Shown piece after piece: positions 27,380 through 38,741 of a DNA stretch of 64,000 nucleotides. Below the pieces are notes generated by a model. That model saw only the letters and a program-made list of their open reading frames with translations. It had not been told where the DNA came from and ran no database searches. A program made the position numbers and the translations under genes. This stretch comes from Patescibacteria group bacterium (GTDB taxonomy: Bacteria; Patescibacteriota; Patescibacteriia; JAHIZJ01). Position 1 is the stretch's first letter, and each line of letters begins with the position of its first letter. The DNA is taken from positions 64,232 through 128,231 of the forward strand of contig JAQTMH010000004.1 of NCBI GenBank assembly GCA_028714495.1. Reading direction: 5' to 3'.

Positions 27380-27524
27380 GACAGCTCGTCCTACTTCCAC
27401 CTGGGTTCTGCACACAACTGCAACAGGCCGGCCTTTTCCTTCGGGGATTGTGCCGGCCTCTTCTTTTTATACGAGAAGTCTATGTATCCGTAGGTGAGCG
27501 TTAACACTCACTTACGGACGTAAA

Positions 27525-28958
27525 TTATTCTTCGGCGGCAATTGTCTCGGTTGCCGATCCGCCCAAATCAAGTCGTGAGAGCATATAGTTACCGAGAATT
27601 TTTTTAACCGGTTCGATTGAGCCGTGATTGACAAGTTTCAAAATGTCCCGCTCGATCGTTTTCACCCACGACGGAACGATGAGGCCAGAGGTTAATTCGA
27701 AGAAGTTCATAAGAAAGGTGGTGGCATAGGCGCCTTTTGGTAGGGTAAAGCTGATGACCACGCCCTCGGGAGTAATTTGGGAAGCGTGAATGTCTGGTTT
27801 GATGATTGTGGAGACCGCACGCTTGGCTGGACGGATAAACGGAAATGGTTTAATATACCGCAAAAAGCTTTCTGTCTCATCCTCTTTCAGATAAGTCAGA
27901 TAAGGCTCATGGTCAGTCGGGTCAGGACTCAAAAGCAGGGGCAGGGTTTCCGGTAGAGGCTTGCCTTTTTTCGCAGCCTCGGAAACTATTTTATTAAATA
28001 GATAGCTGACATAGGCATAAACCCAGAGTCGGGTGTGCTCAGATATACAAGTAAGTGCACCGAGGATGTCATTTGGATTTTCCTTCAAATATTCCAGCAC
28101 TTTTATTTCATTACGGAAAGTGTAGGGGAAGCGTTGAAATTCTTTGAGCATACTTTGTCCATCATCGAAGAGAGTCTGTGCCTTTTGGCGGACCACTTGA
28201 AAATAAGGTGGTTCGGATTCGTTAGTTCCAACCAGAAATAGATTAAGCGCGTCAGTGTAATTTCCTTGCAAGATTGCTCGTCCGAACTGGTGGACTGAAG
28301 AACGACTGCCGAAACGTTGAACGCCATAGTAATTTAAAACTCCATTTTCTTGGCATTCGGTCAAGTGCCGGGTTAACCACTCCGGATCAACGGGCTCCTT
28401 GGTGCGGATAAAAATAATGAAGCGATTGCCGGCCAGCCCGCCAACAGTTATTACGCCCTTGCCATAATGGTAATTTTTTAAGAAAAGGCCTGGAATTTTA
28501 TGTTCAGCCACAACTTCATATTTAATTCGACGGAGACTGATTTGCTGGCTAGTGACAGCAACCGCATCCTTAATGCCCGCATAGCCAATCTGCTTGAGCT
28601 CAATTTTCAGGGACTCGCTTAAGCGTTTAAGGGCTTCGAGTGTGAAAATACCGGCCTTGACCAAGGTACAGAATAGCGTTCTTTGATCAGGTATGTTTTG
28701 AGGCGGGGTAGGTGGTTCTGGCGTTATTGTAATTAAATTTCCATTAATTGCCACCTCCTCGACGATGAAATCTTGGGGGTAGAGACGATAGTAGCCAAGG
28801 GGGCGATCAGCTGGGAGCGTGTCGATACCGATGTGTTTTAATATTCGCTGGGGATTCAGCTTTGAATCAATCTCAAACCACTCCGGTTTATCGCGGCGGA
28901 GCTGATCAATGGTTGCCCTTTCATTTTCCCATAGTTCGTGTGAAATGTTTTCTGACAT
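27525..28958 (-). CDS. truD: tRNA pseudouridine(13) synthase TruD
   Basis: PQDFIVEE, YAGIKDAVAVTSQ, GNRF, NYYGVQRFG, FTLPKGAYAT. Confidence 0.93.
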   Translation of the reverse strand: MSENISHELWENERATIDQLRRDKPEWFEIDSKLNPQRILKHIGIDTLPADRPLGYYRLYPQDFIVEEVAINGNLITITPEPPTPPQNIPDQRTLFCTLVKAGIFTLEALKRLSESLKIELKQIGYAGIKDAVAVTSQQISLRRIKYEVVAEHKIPGLFLKNYHYGKGVITVGGLAGNRFIIFIRTKEPVDPEWLTRHLTECQENGVLNYYGVQRFGSRSSVHQFGRAILQGNYTDALNLFLVGTNESEPPYFQVVRQKAQTLFDDGQSMLKEFQRFPYTFRNEIKVLEYLKENPNDILGALTCISEHTRLWVYAYVSYLFNKIVSEAAKKGKPLPETLPLLLSPDPTDHEPYLTYLKEDETESFLRYIKPFPFIRPAKRAVSTIIKPDIHASQITPEGVVISFTLPKGAYATTFLMNFFELTSGLIVPSWVKTIERDILKLVNHGSIEPVKKILGNYMLSRLDLGGSATETIAAEE

Positions 28959-29006
28959 ATTAATTTGAGCTTATCTTCGGCCTAGACTTTTGTCAATTAT
29001 AAGGAC

Positions 29007-29035
29007 TTGCCAAGATTTGCCTTTGCCTGTATACT
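29007..29035 (+). promoter_or_regulatory. uvrA promoter
   Basis: TTGCCA-17bp-TATACT, 25 nt upstream of ATG 29061. Confidence 0.55.
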
Positions 29036-29060
29036 ATCTGTTAGTATTTTTTTATTACCT

Positions 29061-31961
29061 ATGGCGGGAAAAATCACCATCAAAGGCGCGCGAGTGCACA
29101 ACCTGAAGAATATCAGCTTGGATATACCACGCGATAAACTAGTTGTGTTTACCGGCATATCCGGCTCGGGAAAATCATCTTTGGCATTCGATACGATCTA
29201 TGCCGAGGGCCAGCGCCGCTATGTCGAATCCCTGTCGGCTTATGCTCGGCAGTTTTTGGGTTTGATGGATAAGCCTGACGTGGACCAGATCGAAGGTTTG
29301 TCGCCGGCTATTTCGATCGATCAGAAATCAACCTCGCACAATCCGCGCTCGACCGTCGGCACGGTAACGGAAATCTACGATTACCTCCGCTTGCTTTTCG
29401 CCAGGGTCGGCACGCCTCACTGTCCGAAGTGCGGTCTCGAGGTGGCGCGCCAAACCGTTGACCAGATTGCCGAAAAAATTCTCGAATTGCCGGTTGGCAC
29501 GAAAGTCAGTCTGTTGTCCCCGATAATAAAAGACCAAAAGGGCGAGCATAAGAATATTTTGGAAAAAATACGAAAAGCTGGGTATGTCCGAATTCGGTTC
29601 GATGGATTAATGTACACTGTCGAAGAAGCCGAGGCGATGACGATTGATAAAAACAAGAAGCACACCATGGAGGTCGTGATTGACCGCCTGGAAATATCGG
29701 CTGAAATGCGGAAAAACAATTTGCCGAAGCGGGAACAGAAAGACACCGAGCGCGGCCGGCTGATGGATTCCCTGGAAACGGCGCTTGATCTGGGCAATGG
29801 AATAGTCTACATCCAGCAGGAGGGCCAAGACGAGGATTTGGTTTTCAGCCAGCATTTTGCCTGCACCAAATGCGGCGCTAGCCTACCCGAGATCGAGCCG
29901 AGGAATTTTTCTTTTAATAATCCCCACGGCGCTTGTCCTGATTGTAGCGGCCTCGGCACGAAGCTTGAAATTGACGGAAGCTTGATTATTCCGAATAGAA
30001 AGCTGACGCTGGCCGAAGGCGCGATCCGGCCCTGGTCCAGGACCTCGGCCAACCAGACCTGGTATTTCCGAATTCTTGAGTCAGTAGCCCGTGAGAACGG
30101 TTTTTCAGTCAATACGCCGATAGAAAAATTAAGCAAAAAACAGCTGGATATCGTTCTTTACGGCACCGGCAGTAAAACTTATGATGTCAATAATGAGTTT
30201 GCCGGGGGCAAGGTGCGTGAGCTTTGGACAACCTTTGAAGGTGTGATTCCGAATCTCGAGCGCCGGTACAAAGAGACGGATTCCGATTATATTCGTTCGG
30301 AAATCGAACGCTACATGCGGATTTACCCTTGTCCTACCTGCGGCGGAAAACGTTTGAAGCCGGAAGCTCTAGCCGTGACAGTCGGTGGCTCGTCGATTGA
30401 CCAGGTTGTCAGATTGACCATCGACGAAGCGGCCAAGTTCGTTGTCCAGCTAGTCGCCAAATCGAATTCGCGGGCTTTAACTCAGAGGCAGCAGGTGATT
30501 GCCAATCAGATTTTGAAGGAGATAAAAAACCGGCTCGCTTTTCTTGAGAACGTCGGCTTAAATTACCTGACGCTTGACCGGCCAGCCGCGACTTTAGCCG
30601 GAGGAGAAGCTCAAAGAATCCGCCTGGCCACCCAGATCGGTTCCAGCCTGGTCGGCGTGGTTTATATTTTGGACGAGCCCTCGATCGGCTTGCACCAGCG
30701 CGACAATGACAAATTGATCGCTACCCTGATGCGGCTCAAGGATATCGGCAATACGGTAATTGTAGTTGAGCATGATGAGCAAATGATCCGGTCAGCCGAT
30801 TTCGTGGTGGATATCGGTCCGGGCGCGGGCGAGCACGGCGGAGAGATTGTCGCTCAGGGTACGCCCACCCAGATTATGAAGAATAATAAGTCGGTAACCG
30901 GCCGCTATCTTTCGGGCTCGCTTAGCATAGAACCGCCTAAGAAATATCGTAGCGGCAACGGTAAATTTTTAAGCATTCTAGGCGCCAGCGAGTTCAATTT
31001 GAAAAACGTCGATGTTCATATTCCGCTCGGGAAGTTCGTCTGCATCTCGGGTGTTTCCGGATCGGGCAAATCTACTCTGATGACGGATATTCTCGCCCGC
31101 GCCCTGGCCCAGTATTTTTACCGAGCTAAGGATATTCCCGGCGCACATAAGGAGATTAAGGGCATTGAGCATCTCGACAAAGTCATAAATATTGACCAGT
31201 CGCCGATCGGCCGCACTCCCCGGTCAAACGCGGCCACTTACACCGGCGTCTTTACCTATATCCGCGACCTTTTCACCCAGATTCCCGAAGCCAAGATTAG
31301 GGGTTATAAGGCTGGACGCTTCAGTTTCAATGTCAAAGGCGGCCGGTGTGAAGCCTGCCAGGGCGACGGCTATAAAAAGATTGAGATGCAATTTTTGCCC
31401 GATGTTTACGTCGAATGTGAAGAGTGCCATGGCCAACGCTATAATCAGGCCGCGCTGGAGATTCATTACAAAGGTAAAAATATTGCTGATGTTCTTGATA
31501 TGACAGTCGAAGACTCCTATAACTTTTTTGAAAATATTCCAGCGATCCGCCAGAAACTACATACTTTGCGCGACGTAGGCCTGGATTACCTCCATCTGGG
31601 TCAGTCAGCTACCACTTTGTCTGGTGGCGAAGCCCAACGGATTAAATTGGCGACTGAGCTTTCCCGACGGGCGACTGGCCGGACGCTCTACATCCTGGAC
31701 GAGCCGACTACCGGCCTTCATTTCGAAGACGTCAAACGATTGCTCCACGTTCTCAATAAGCTGGTGGACAAGGGTAACACCGTTTTAATCATTGAGCACA
31801 ATCTGGATGTGATAAAATCGGTTGACTGGGTTATTGATCTGGGTCCAGAGGGCGGCGATAAGGGCGGCGAGATCGTGGCAGAAGGCACGCCGCGCGATTT
31901 GGCTAAAATAAAGAAGTCGTACACCGGGCAATACTTGAAAAAAGTGTTAGCCAAGGAATAG
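29061..31961 (+). CDS. uvrA: Excinuclease ABC subunit A
   Basis: GARVHNLKN, two Walker A GSGKS, Zn fingers, [18 protein letters not shown]. Confidence 0.98.
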   Translation: MAGKITIKGARVHNLKNISLDIPRDKLVVFTGISGSGKSSLAFDTIYAEGQRRYVESLSAYARQFLGLMDKPDVDQIEGLSPAISIDQKSTSHNPRSTVGTVTEIYDYLRLLFARVGTPHCPKCGLEVARQTVDQIAEKILELPVGTKVSLLSPIIKDQKGEHKNILEKIRKAGYVRIRFDGLMYTVEEAEAMTIDKNKKHTMEVVIDRLEISAEMRKNNLPKREQKDTERGRLMDSLETALDLGNGIVYIQQEGQDEDLVFSQHFACTKCGASLPEIEPRNFSFNNPHGACPDCSGLGTKLEIDGSLIIPNRKLTLAEGAIRPWSRTSANQTWYFRILESVARENGFSVNTPIEKLSKKQLDIVLYGTGSKTYDVNNEFAGGKVRELWTTFEGVIPNLERRYKETDSDYIRSEIERYMRIYPCPTCGGKRLKPEALAVTVGGSSIDQVVRLTIDEAAKFVVQLVAKSNSRALTQRQQVIANQILKEIKNRLAFLENVGLNYLTLDRPAATLAGGEAQRIRLATQIGSSLVGVVYILDEPSIGLHQRDNDKLIATLMRLKDIGNTVIVVEHDEQMIRSADFVVDIGPGAGEHGGEIVAQGTPTQIMKNNKSVTGRYLSGSLSIEPPKKYRSGNGKFLSILGASEFNLKNVDVHIPLGKFVCISGVSGSGKSTLMTDILARALAQYFYRAKDIPGAHKEIKGIEHLDKVINIDQSPIGRTPRSNAATYTGVFTYIRDLFTQIPEAKIRGYKAGRFSFNVKGGRCEACQGDGYKKIEMQFLPDVYVECEECHGQRYNQAALEIHYKGKNIADVLDMTVEDSYNFFENIPAIRQKLHTLRDVGLDYLHLGQSATTLSGGEAQRIKLATELSRRATGRTLYILDEPTTGLHFEDVKRLLHVLNKLVDKGNTVLIIEHNLDVIKSVDWVIDLGPEGGDKGGEIVAEGTPRDLAKIKKSYTGQYLKKVLAKE

Positions 31962-32085
31962 AATAATATTTTAAGCGACTCCCTCGTCATTTTGTAAACC
32001 AAGGCAAACACATCTGGCTGTCGCCTGACTTTCTTTTTGAATTTATTAGTTTGCTTTTCTCTATTAAAAACGCCATAATTGAACT

Positions 32086-33027
32086 ATGACGACCTCATCT
32101 CTTAGCCGATCAATACTCTCGGAACTGGCTTATTTTGATATTTTCGAACACCCCCTAACTTTGATGGAAATTTGGCGGTTTAACAGTCAGCCCAAAGTAA
32201 CTTTAGCCGAAGTAATTGAAGCAACACAAAATGATGATTGGTTGAAGGAGAAAATTGATCAAAAATGGGGATTCTATTTTCTCAAAGGACGTCAACATAC
32301 AGTTGAACTTAGGCTGAAGCGCTACCGGGAGGCTGAGGCGAAATATCAAAAAGCCCTGAAGTTTGCTCGACGGCTGTCCGCCTTTCCCTTCATCCGAATG
32401 ATCGGCGTATGCAATTCCCTGGCCTACAGCAATTCCCGTCTGGCCGGGGATATCGATTTTTTGATCGTCGCCGAGCCGAGAAGAATTTGGACCGCCCGGT
32501 TTTATGCCGCCGGCTGTCTCAAACTTTTAGGGGAGCGGCCCGTCGGCCAAGAGACAAAGGATAAAATTTGTTTGACCTTTTTTATCTCGCCCGAGGGATT
32601 TGATCTGCGGCCGATAAAGATTTCCAGCCCAGACATTTATCTGGCGCACTGGGTGAAACAAATCGTCCCAATTTATGACCCCCGGCGGCTATACCAGCAG
32701 TTTATGAAGGCAAATAGCTGGGTTGATGAATCGTTTCCAAATGGTTATCCGGTGATCGTGCCGCCGGCGCGAAAAATTAACCGGTCCTTTTTTAATAAAC
32801 TTGGGCAAAAAGTTTTTGAGACTATTCATTCCAGCTGGCTTGGTGATTGGCTCGAACGATATTTTGAAAAAATCCAACGCCGCCGTCTTCCGGATCAGTT
32901 GCAAAGATTGGCGAACCGCGATAGCCGTGTAATTTTATCCAAGCAGATGCTGAAATTCCACGACAATGACCGGCGGGAAAAATACCAGAACCTGTGGCTG
33001 CAAAAATTAAAGACCCTTGGTTTATGA
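32086..33027 (+). CDS. Conserved protein with nucleotidyltransferase-like motif
   Basis: NSLAYSNS....DIDFLIV resembles the Pol-beta NTase GS..DxD motif. Confidence 0.65.
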   Translation: MTTSSLSRSILSELAYFDIFEHPLTLMEIWRFNSQPKVTLAEVIEATQNDDWLKEKIDQKWGFYFLKGRQHTVELRLKRYREAEAKYQKALKFARRLSAFPFIRMIGVCNSLAYSNSRLAGDIDFLIVAEPRRIWTARFYAAGCLKLLGERPVGQETKDKICLTFFISPEGFDLRPIKISSPDIYLAHWVKQIVPIYDPRRLYQQFMKANSWVDESFPNGYPVIVPPARKINRSFFNKLGQKVFETIHSSWLGDWLERYFEKIQRRRLPDQLQRLANRDSRVILSKQMLKFHDNDRREKYQNLWLQKLKTLGL

Positions 33028-34427
33028 CTTCACGCTTAGCCAGAATCACCGAGTATCTTCTTTACCTGTATGTTTTTTTACTGCCTTGGCAGACGCGCTG
33101 GATAATCAAAGAAGGCCAACTCAATGGCGGAACCTGGGAATACGGCACCTACAGTCTCTATGCCACTGACCTTTTGTTCTTGCTGTTGATATTTTTTCAT
33201 TATCTAAGCTCCCGGAAAGATACCAAGGAGTCTTCGCATCGGCCAGCCAGAGGACTCGACATATCAATTATCGCTATTTTGGTAATTGCCGCTTTGTCAT
33301 TTTTTTGGTCCTTGAACCAAGGGTTGACGCTATATGTTCTGACCCGCTTAGTTATGGGCGGGATATTGGTTTGGTTAATCGGAGGAATAAAATTTAGATT
33401 GCGCCGTCTGGCCCAAGCGTTTGTCGGCGGAGCCTTGATCCAGGCGATTATTGGTTTAGCCCAGTTTTTTTCCCAGACCGCGCTAACCTCGAAATGGCTG
33501 GGTTGGGCGACCCATGACCCTGGCCAGCTTGGCACATTTGTGGTTGAGACTGATGGACAGAGGCTGCTCCGGGCTTACGGCGGCCTGCCCCACCCGAATA
33601 TCCTGGCCGGGTTATTGGTCATCGCCATACTTTTTATCTTCGGCCTATATTTTGATTTATATCATCGGATACACATTTGGTTTGAGAGAATAGCTCACGA
33701 TCGCAAACGTAAATTTTGGTCAAAACATAGACCGGAGATATCACGCTTCACCGCCGAGATTATGTTTTATCTCCTCAGCCTGATTTTTTGCATGTTTGGT
33801 TTGATTGTCACATTTTCCCGGTCGGCTTGGCTGGCCTTAGCCGTGGCCCTAGCTGTTCTTGCTCTGGTAGTGATTATAAAAAGTGACAAAGTTAGATTGA
33901 TTACCTTTAGCAAGCTTTTTGTCGTAATGTTGCTCGTCGCTGGAGTCGCGCTGGCTCTGTTTCGGGAACCGATATTTTCACGGTTTCAGCCGGAGCACCG
34001 CTTAGAGCAGATTTCAATTGAATCTCGTCAGACTTATCAAGAGCAAGCGGTTCAGCTTTTGAAGAAACATTGGATTGTTGGCGTGGGTCTGGGAACATAC
34101 ACTCAGGCTGTTCATGACGGCATTGACACCCGGCTCAAACCCTGGGACTATCAGCCGGTTCACAATATTTATCTTCTGCTGGCTGGCGAACTTAGCTTTT
34201 TCGGTCTCTTGGCTTTAGGCTTTCTGCTTTTCGAGATTTTACGCAAGACGGTGAAAAAACTTTTTTCAGGTCAGCCAATCGATCACTGGTTCATGGTGGC
34301 AGTCAGCCAGGTCGCGGTTTTGTTTGTCTTCGGACTGTTTGATCATTTCTGGTGGACGCTAAATTTTGGAATAATGCTGTGGTGGCTGGTAATTGGGGTA
34401 TTTCGAAAGACGGCAATTAGAAATTAA
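33024..34427 (+). CDS. O-antigen ligase family membrane protein
   Basis: RAYGGLPHPN, TFSRSAW, GVGLG, PVHNIY; multiple TMs. Confidence 0.88.
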   Translation: MTSRLARITEYLLYLYVFLLPWQTRWIIKEGQLNGGTWEYGTYSLYATDLLFLLLIFFHYLSSRKDTKESSHRPARGLDISIIAILVIAALSFFWSLNQGLTLYVLTRLVMGGILVWLIGGIKFRLRRLAQAFVGGALIQAIIGLAQFFSQTALTSKWLGWATHDPGQLGTFVVETDGQRLLRAYGGLPHPNILAGLLVIAILFIFGLYFDLYHRIHIWFERIAHDRKRKFWSKHRPEISRFTAEIMFYLLSLIFCMFGLIVTFSRSAWLALAVALAVLALVVIIKSDKVRLITFSKLFVVMLLVAGVALALFREPIFSRFQPEHRLEQISIESRQTYQEQAVQLLKKHWIVGVGLGTYTQAVHDGIDTRLKPWDYQPVHNIYLLLAGELSFFGLLALGFLLFEILRKTVKKLFSGQPIDHWFMVAVSQVAVLFVFGLFDHFWWTLNFGIMLWWLVIGVFRKTAIRN

Positions 34428-34484
34428 CGGCTTGAATTAGCTGGATCAAATATCACTCCCCATGGTATTGCGGGACCCTTTTAT

Positions 34485-34611
34485 CTTCCTAGCCACTTTA
34501 GTGGCGTACCCGACTATCCCATCATACAACGGGATCCCGTCCCCGATCTAGTCGGGGATGGCGGGAAAGTCGGTTAGAAGAATCTTTTCTTCTTAGCCAC
34601 TTTAGTGGCGT
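34485..34611. repeat. REP-like composite: direct repeats TAGCCACTTTAGTGGCGT flanking nested palindromes
   Basis: Two copies at about 34490 and 34594; related cluster at 48751-48870. Confidence 0.65.
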
Positions 34612-34675
34612 TGGCGCATTGGCTCGAAGGGGCTCTTGACTTGAGCCTGCTTTTTGCTAAGATGAAGTAACGGAA

Positions 34676-34702
34676 TTAGCACTCATATATTTGGAGTGCT
34701 AA
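34676..34702 (+). promoter_or_regulatory. CIRCE element (HrcA operator) of groES-groEL
   Basis: Perfect TTAGCACTC-N9-GAGTGCTAA just downstream of TTGACT(34636)...TAAGAT(34658). Confidence 0.95.
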
Positions 34703-34756
34703 TATTCGAGAAAAATTGGCTAAATTAACATTAATTTTATCCACAAGGAGTAAATT

Positions 34757-35032
34757 ATGCATCTGAAACCCCTAGGCGATCGCGTGATCGTGAAGCCTAC
34801 CAAAGACGAGGAAATTACCAAATCCGGCATTGTCCTGCCTGACACGGTAGAGAAAGAGAAGAAGGAACAGGGCGAAGTCATAAGCGTTGGCAATGGTGAA
34901 AAAATTACCAAGCTCGGACTCAAGGCCGGCGACAAAGTGCTTTTTGGCAAATACGCCGGCGAGGACGTGGAAATTGACGACACTGAATACAAGGTGCTGA
35001 AAGAGGAAGACGTTTTAGCAATCATCGAATAA
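34757..35032 (+). CDS. groS: Co-chaperonin GroES
   Basis: LKPLGDRV, TKSGIVLPDT, GDKVLFGKYAG. Confidence 0.98.
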   Translation: MHLKPLGDRVIVKPTKDEEITKSGIVLPDTVEKEKKEQGEVISVGNGEKITKLGLKAGDKVLFGKYAGEDVEIDDTEYKVLKEEDVLAIIE

Positions 35033-35049
35033 CTTTCATTATTAATTAA

Positions 35050-36699
<1,650 letters not shown>

Positions 36700-36720
36700 A
36701 GCAAGCATTCAATATTTGCC

Positions 36721-36750
36721 AAGCGGACTCGAAAGGGTCCGTTTTGGTTT
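36721..36750 (+). terminator. Intrinsic terminator of groE
   Basis: GCGGACTC-GAAA-GGGTCCGT plus T-run. Confidence 0.75.
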
Positions 36751-36771
36751 AGATACTATTGTAGATTTGTT

Positions 36772-36928
36772 CCGTTCCCGCAATTTCAAATTGCGGGAAC
36801 GATTTAATGCCCCGTTTTTGAATTATCGTTTAGCCGATGAAAAAATATTTCTCGAGCGAAGTTGAGAGATACTTTAATGTATCTCTCCATGCCCCAGCCA
36901 GTCGCGACTGGCTGGGTTAGTCGAGAAA
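36772..36928. repeat. Cluster of palindromic repeats
   Basis: CGTTCCCGCAATTT/AAATTGCGGGAACG and CCCAGCCAGTCGCGACTGGCTGGG palindromes. Confidence 0.6.
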
Positions 36929-37071
36929 TAATATTAATTTCTTAAACAGCCCCGTTTTTGGTTTATGAAAAATTCTTGACAATTCTCCAGATTTAAAATA
37001 AGGTGATGGTGTTTTCGGAAAGTCGAGGAAGAGTTGATTAACAACCTGTTCTTTAGAGGGAGGGACTGATC

Positions 37072-37698
37072 ATGACCTGGAAGGTGATTTCAGTGGTTCT
37101 GGCCTACGCGCTCAGTCTAGCCGGCTTTGCGCTCATTCACACGCCGAAGCCGAGCATTTGGTTTCTTGCCGGATTGACGTCCTACCTGTTGTACTTCCTC
37201 GTCAAGCAATTCAACCCGGCCGACATACCAGCCAGTCGCCAACTGCTCTGGCGCGGCAAGTCGGTGGTGGGCTGGACAATACTGGCTGGCGTATCGTGCA
37301 GCACCTGTTTGCTTCTGCCGCTCCTTATCTTCACGGCACAGTTCGGGGCGATCAAGGATTGGGTAGACGCCCTACCACTGCTGTATTCCTTAACAGCCAA
37401 TTTGATCATCTCGCTGGTGAGCCTCTACAGTGTAATCGGCTTTCCCGTTTGTACCTTTGTGGCGCTGGTCATGATTCTCCTGCCGACCAAGATTCTCGAG
37501 ACTCCAGGCAAGGTAACAATCGATCATGATTCTCTCTGGGGAGAAACAAGGACGGTCGGAAAAACCTTCTCTGAACAGTCGAAGGAGTGCCGGTGGATAG
37601 CGCTCTACGGCAATCCGGTCGGATTCCTGTACTGGGTGATCCGCGCGCTTTGCCGGTTCAGACTTCAGCGGGCTCTGGGTGTTGGAATCAGCGCTTGA
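37072..37698 (+). CDS. Orphan membrane protein (stand-alone cassette)
   Basis: GGGAGGG SD, TTGACA at about 36976, terminator GCGGC...GCCGC plus T7 at about 37746. Confidence 0.75.
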   Translation: MTWKVISVVLAYALSLAGFALIHTPKPSIWFLAGLTSYLLYFLVKQFNPADIPASRQLLWRGKSVVGWTILAGVSCSTCLLLPLLIFTAQFGAIKDWVDALPLLYSLTANLIISLVSLYSVIGFPVCTFVALVMILLPTKILETPGKVTIDHDSLWGETRTVGKTFSEQSKECRWIALYGNPVGFLYWVIRALCRFRLQRALGVGISA

Positions 37699-37851
37699 CT
37701 CCAACTTTCAGCACCAATGCCCTTTCATCTCCGGAAACGATATCCGCGGCTAGGCTAAGCCAAGGCCGCTTTTTTTATCCAGACTTGCTTTTTTTCGTAA
37801 AATCGTGTATAATATAGACGATTGAAAAAAGATACCTAAATAAAAGCAAAA

Positions 37852-38370
37852 ATGTCAGACAAAAACCAAGATCAAAGCAATCAAGAAACAATTAAAACCG
37901 AGAAAGAGGTTCCCCCAGAAGCTGTTTTGGCCGGTCAGCCATTGAGCGTTTATTTCAAGGCGATCATCCGGCCAGTTTTTATATCAATCGCCCTGCTCGT
38001 TTTATCAGAATTCACTGAGACATTGCCTTATTTGGACTGGATTGTCGCTTTTGGCCTATTTTGCTATGTTGGCTGGCGCTTTGTTAGTAAAAAAACCACC
38101 GATACTCTCCAAGCAGTAGTCGCGGGTGGACTGGCCGGGAGCCTTTTGGGCCTGAGCGTCGCGCTGTTTCGTTTCATTGTTCATCTTAATGTCACAAGCT
38201 TCTTCCAAATAATTACTGAGCCGATTACCTATGCCATAATCGGCATGCTGACTGCCGGGGTGATCTATTGGTGGTCGCCAAAACAAAAACCCAATTCGAA
38301 ATCTTTAATTAAAAAAACAGTTAACCAAGAAGTCTTCCGGCTAATTCAATCCGGTCGGAGGCTTCCCTAG
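37852..38370 (+). CDS. Hypothetical membrane protein (4 TM)
   Basis: Hydrophobic segments; TATAAT at about 37808. Confidence 0.75.
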   Translation: MSDKNQDQSNQETIKTEKEVPPEAVLAGQPLSVYFKAIIRPVFISIALLVLSEFTETLPYLDWIVAFGLFCYVGWRFVSKKTTDTLQAVVAGGLAGSLLGLSVALFRFIVHLNVTSFFQIITEPITYAIIGMLTAGVIYWWSPKQKPNSKSLIKKTVNQEVFRLIQSGRRLP

Positions 38371-38381
38371 GAGAAAGATTT

Positions 38382-38681
38382 ATGCCAAACGAAAAACCAG
38401 TAACGAGTCAAGACGACAAGCTGATGGGCGCGTTGTCCTATCTGTGGATTTTGAGCGTGGTTATGCTCGTCATAAAAAAGGACAGTGAATTTGTGAAATT
38501 TCACGCTCGACAGGGATTAATTCTTTTTATCGTATCATTTTTATGGTTCATCCCGGTGGTGGGCTGGATTGTAAACTTAGCTGTTCTCCTTATGATAGTC
38601 ATTGGATTCTTTAAGGCTTACTCGGGCGAAAAATGGGAAATGCCCGTGATCGGCGCCTTGGCCAAGAAAATAAATTTATAA
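38382..38681 (+). CDS. DUF4870-like small membrane protein
   Basis: ALSYL, FVKFHARQGL, IP.VG, KAYSGE.W.MP.IG. Confidence 0.8.
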   Translation: MPNEKPVTSQDDKLMGALSYLWILSVVMLVIKKDSEFVKFHARQGLILFIVSFLWFIPVVGWIVNLAVLLMIVIGFFKAYSGEKWEMPVIGALAKKINL

Positions 38682-38741
38682 ATCTTAGCAATAACTTTTA
38701 AATTACGGGCCGCCTTAAACGGAAGGCCTTCGTGAAATCTT

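Noticed and set aside
26774-27415. 213-aa minus-strand ORF
   Set aside because: Antisense shadow of the SD-led plus-strand ORF at 26792.
28960-29060. LexA/SOS box upstream of uvrA
   Set aside because: No CTGT-N8-ACAG or GAAC-N4-GTTC palindrome is visible.
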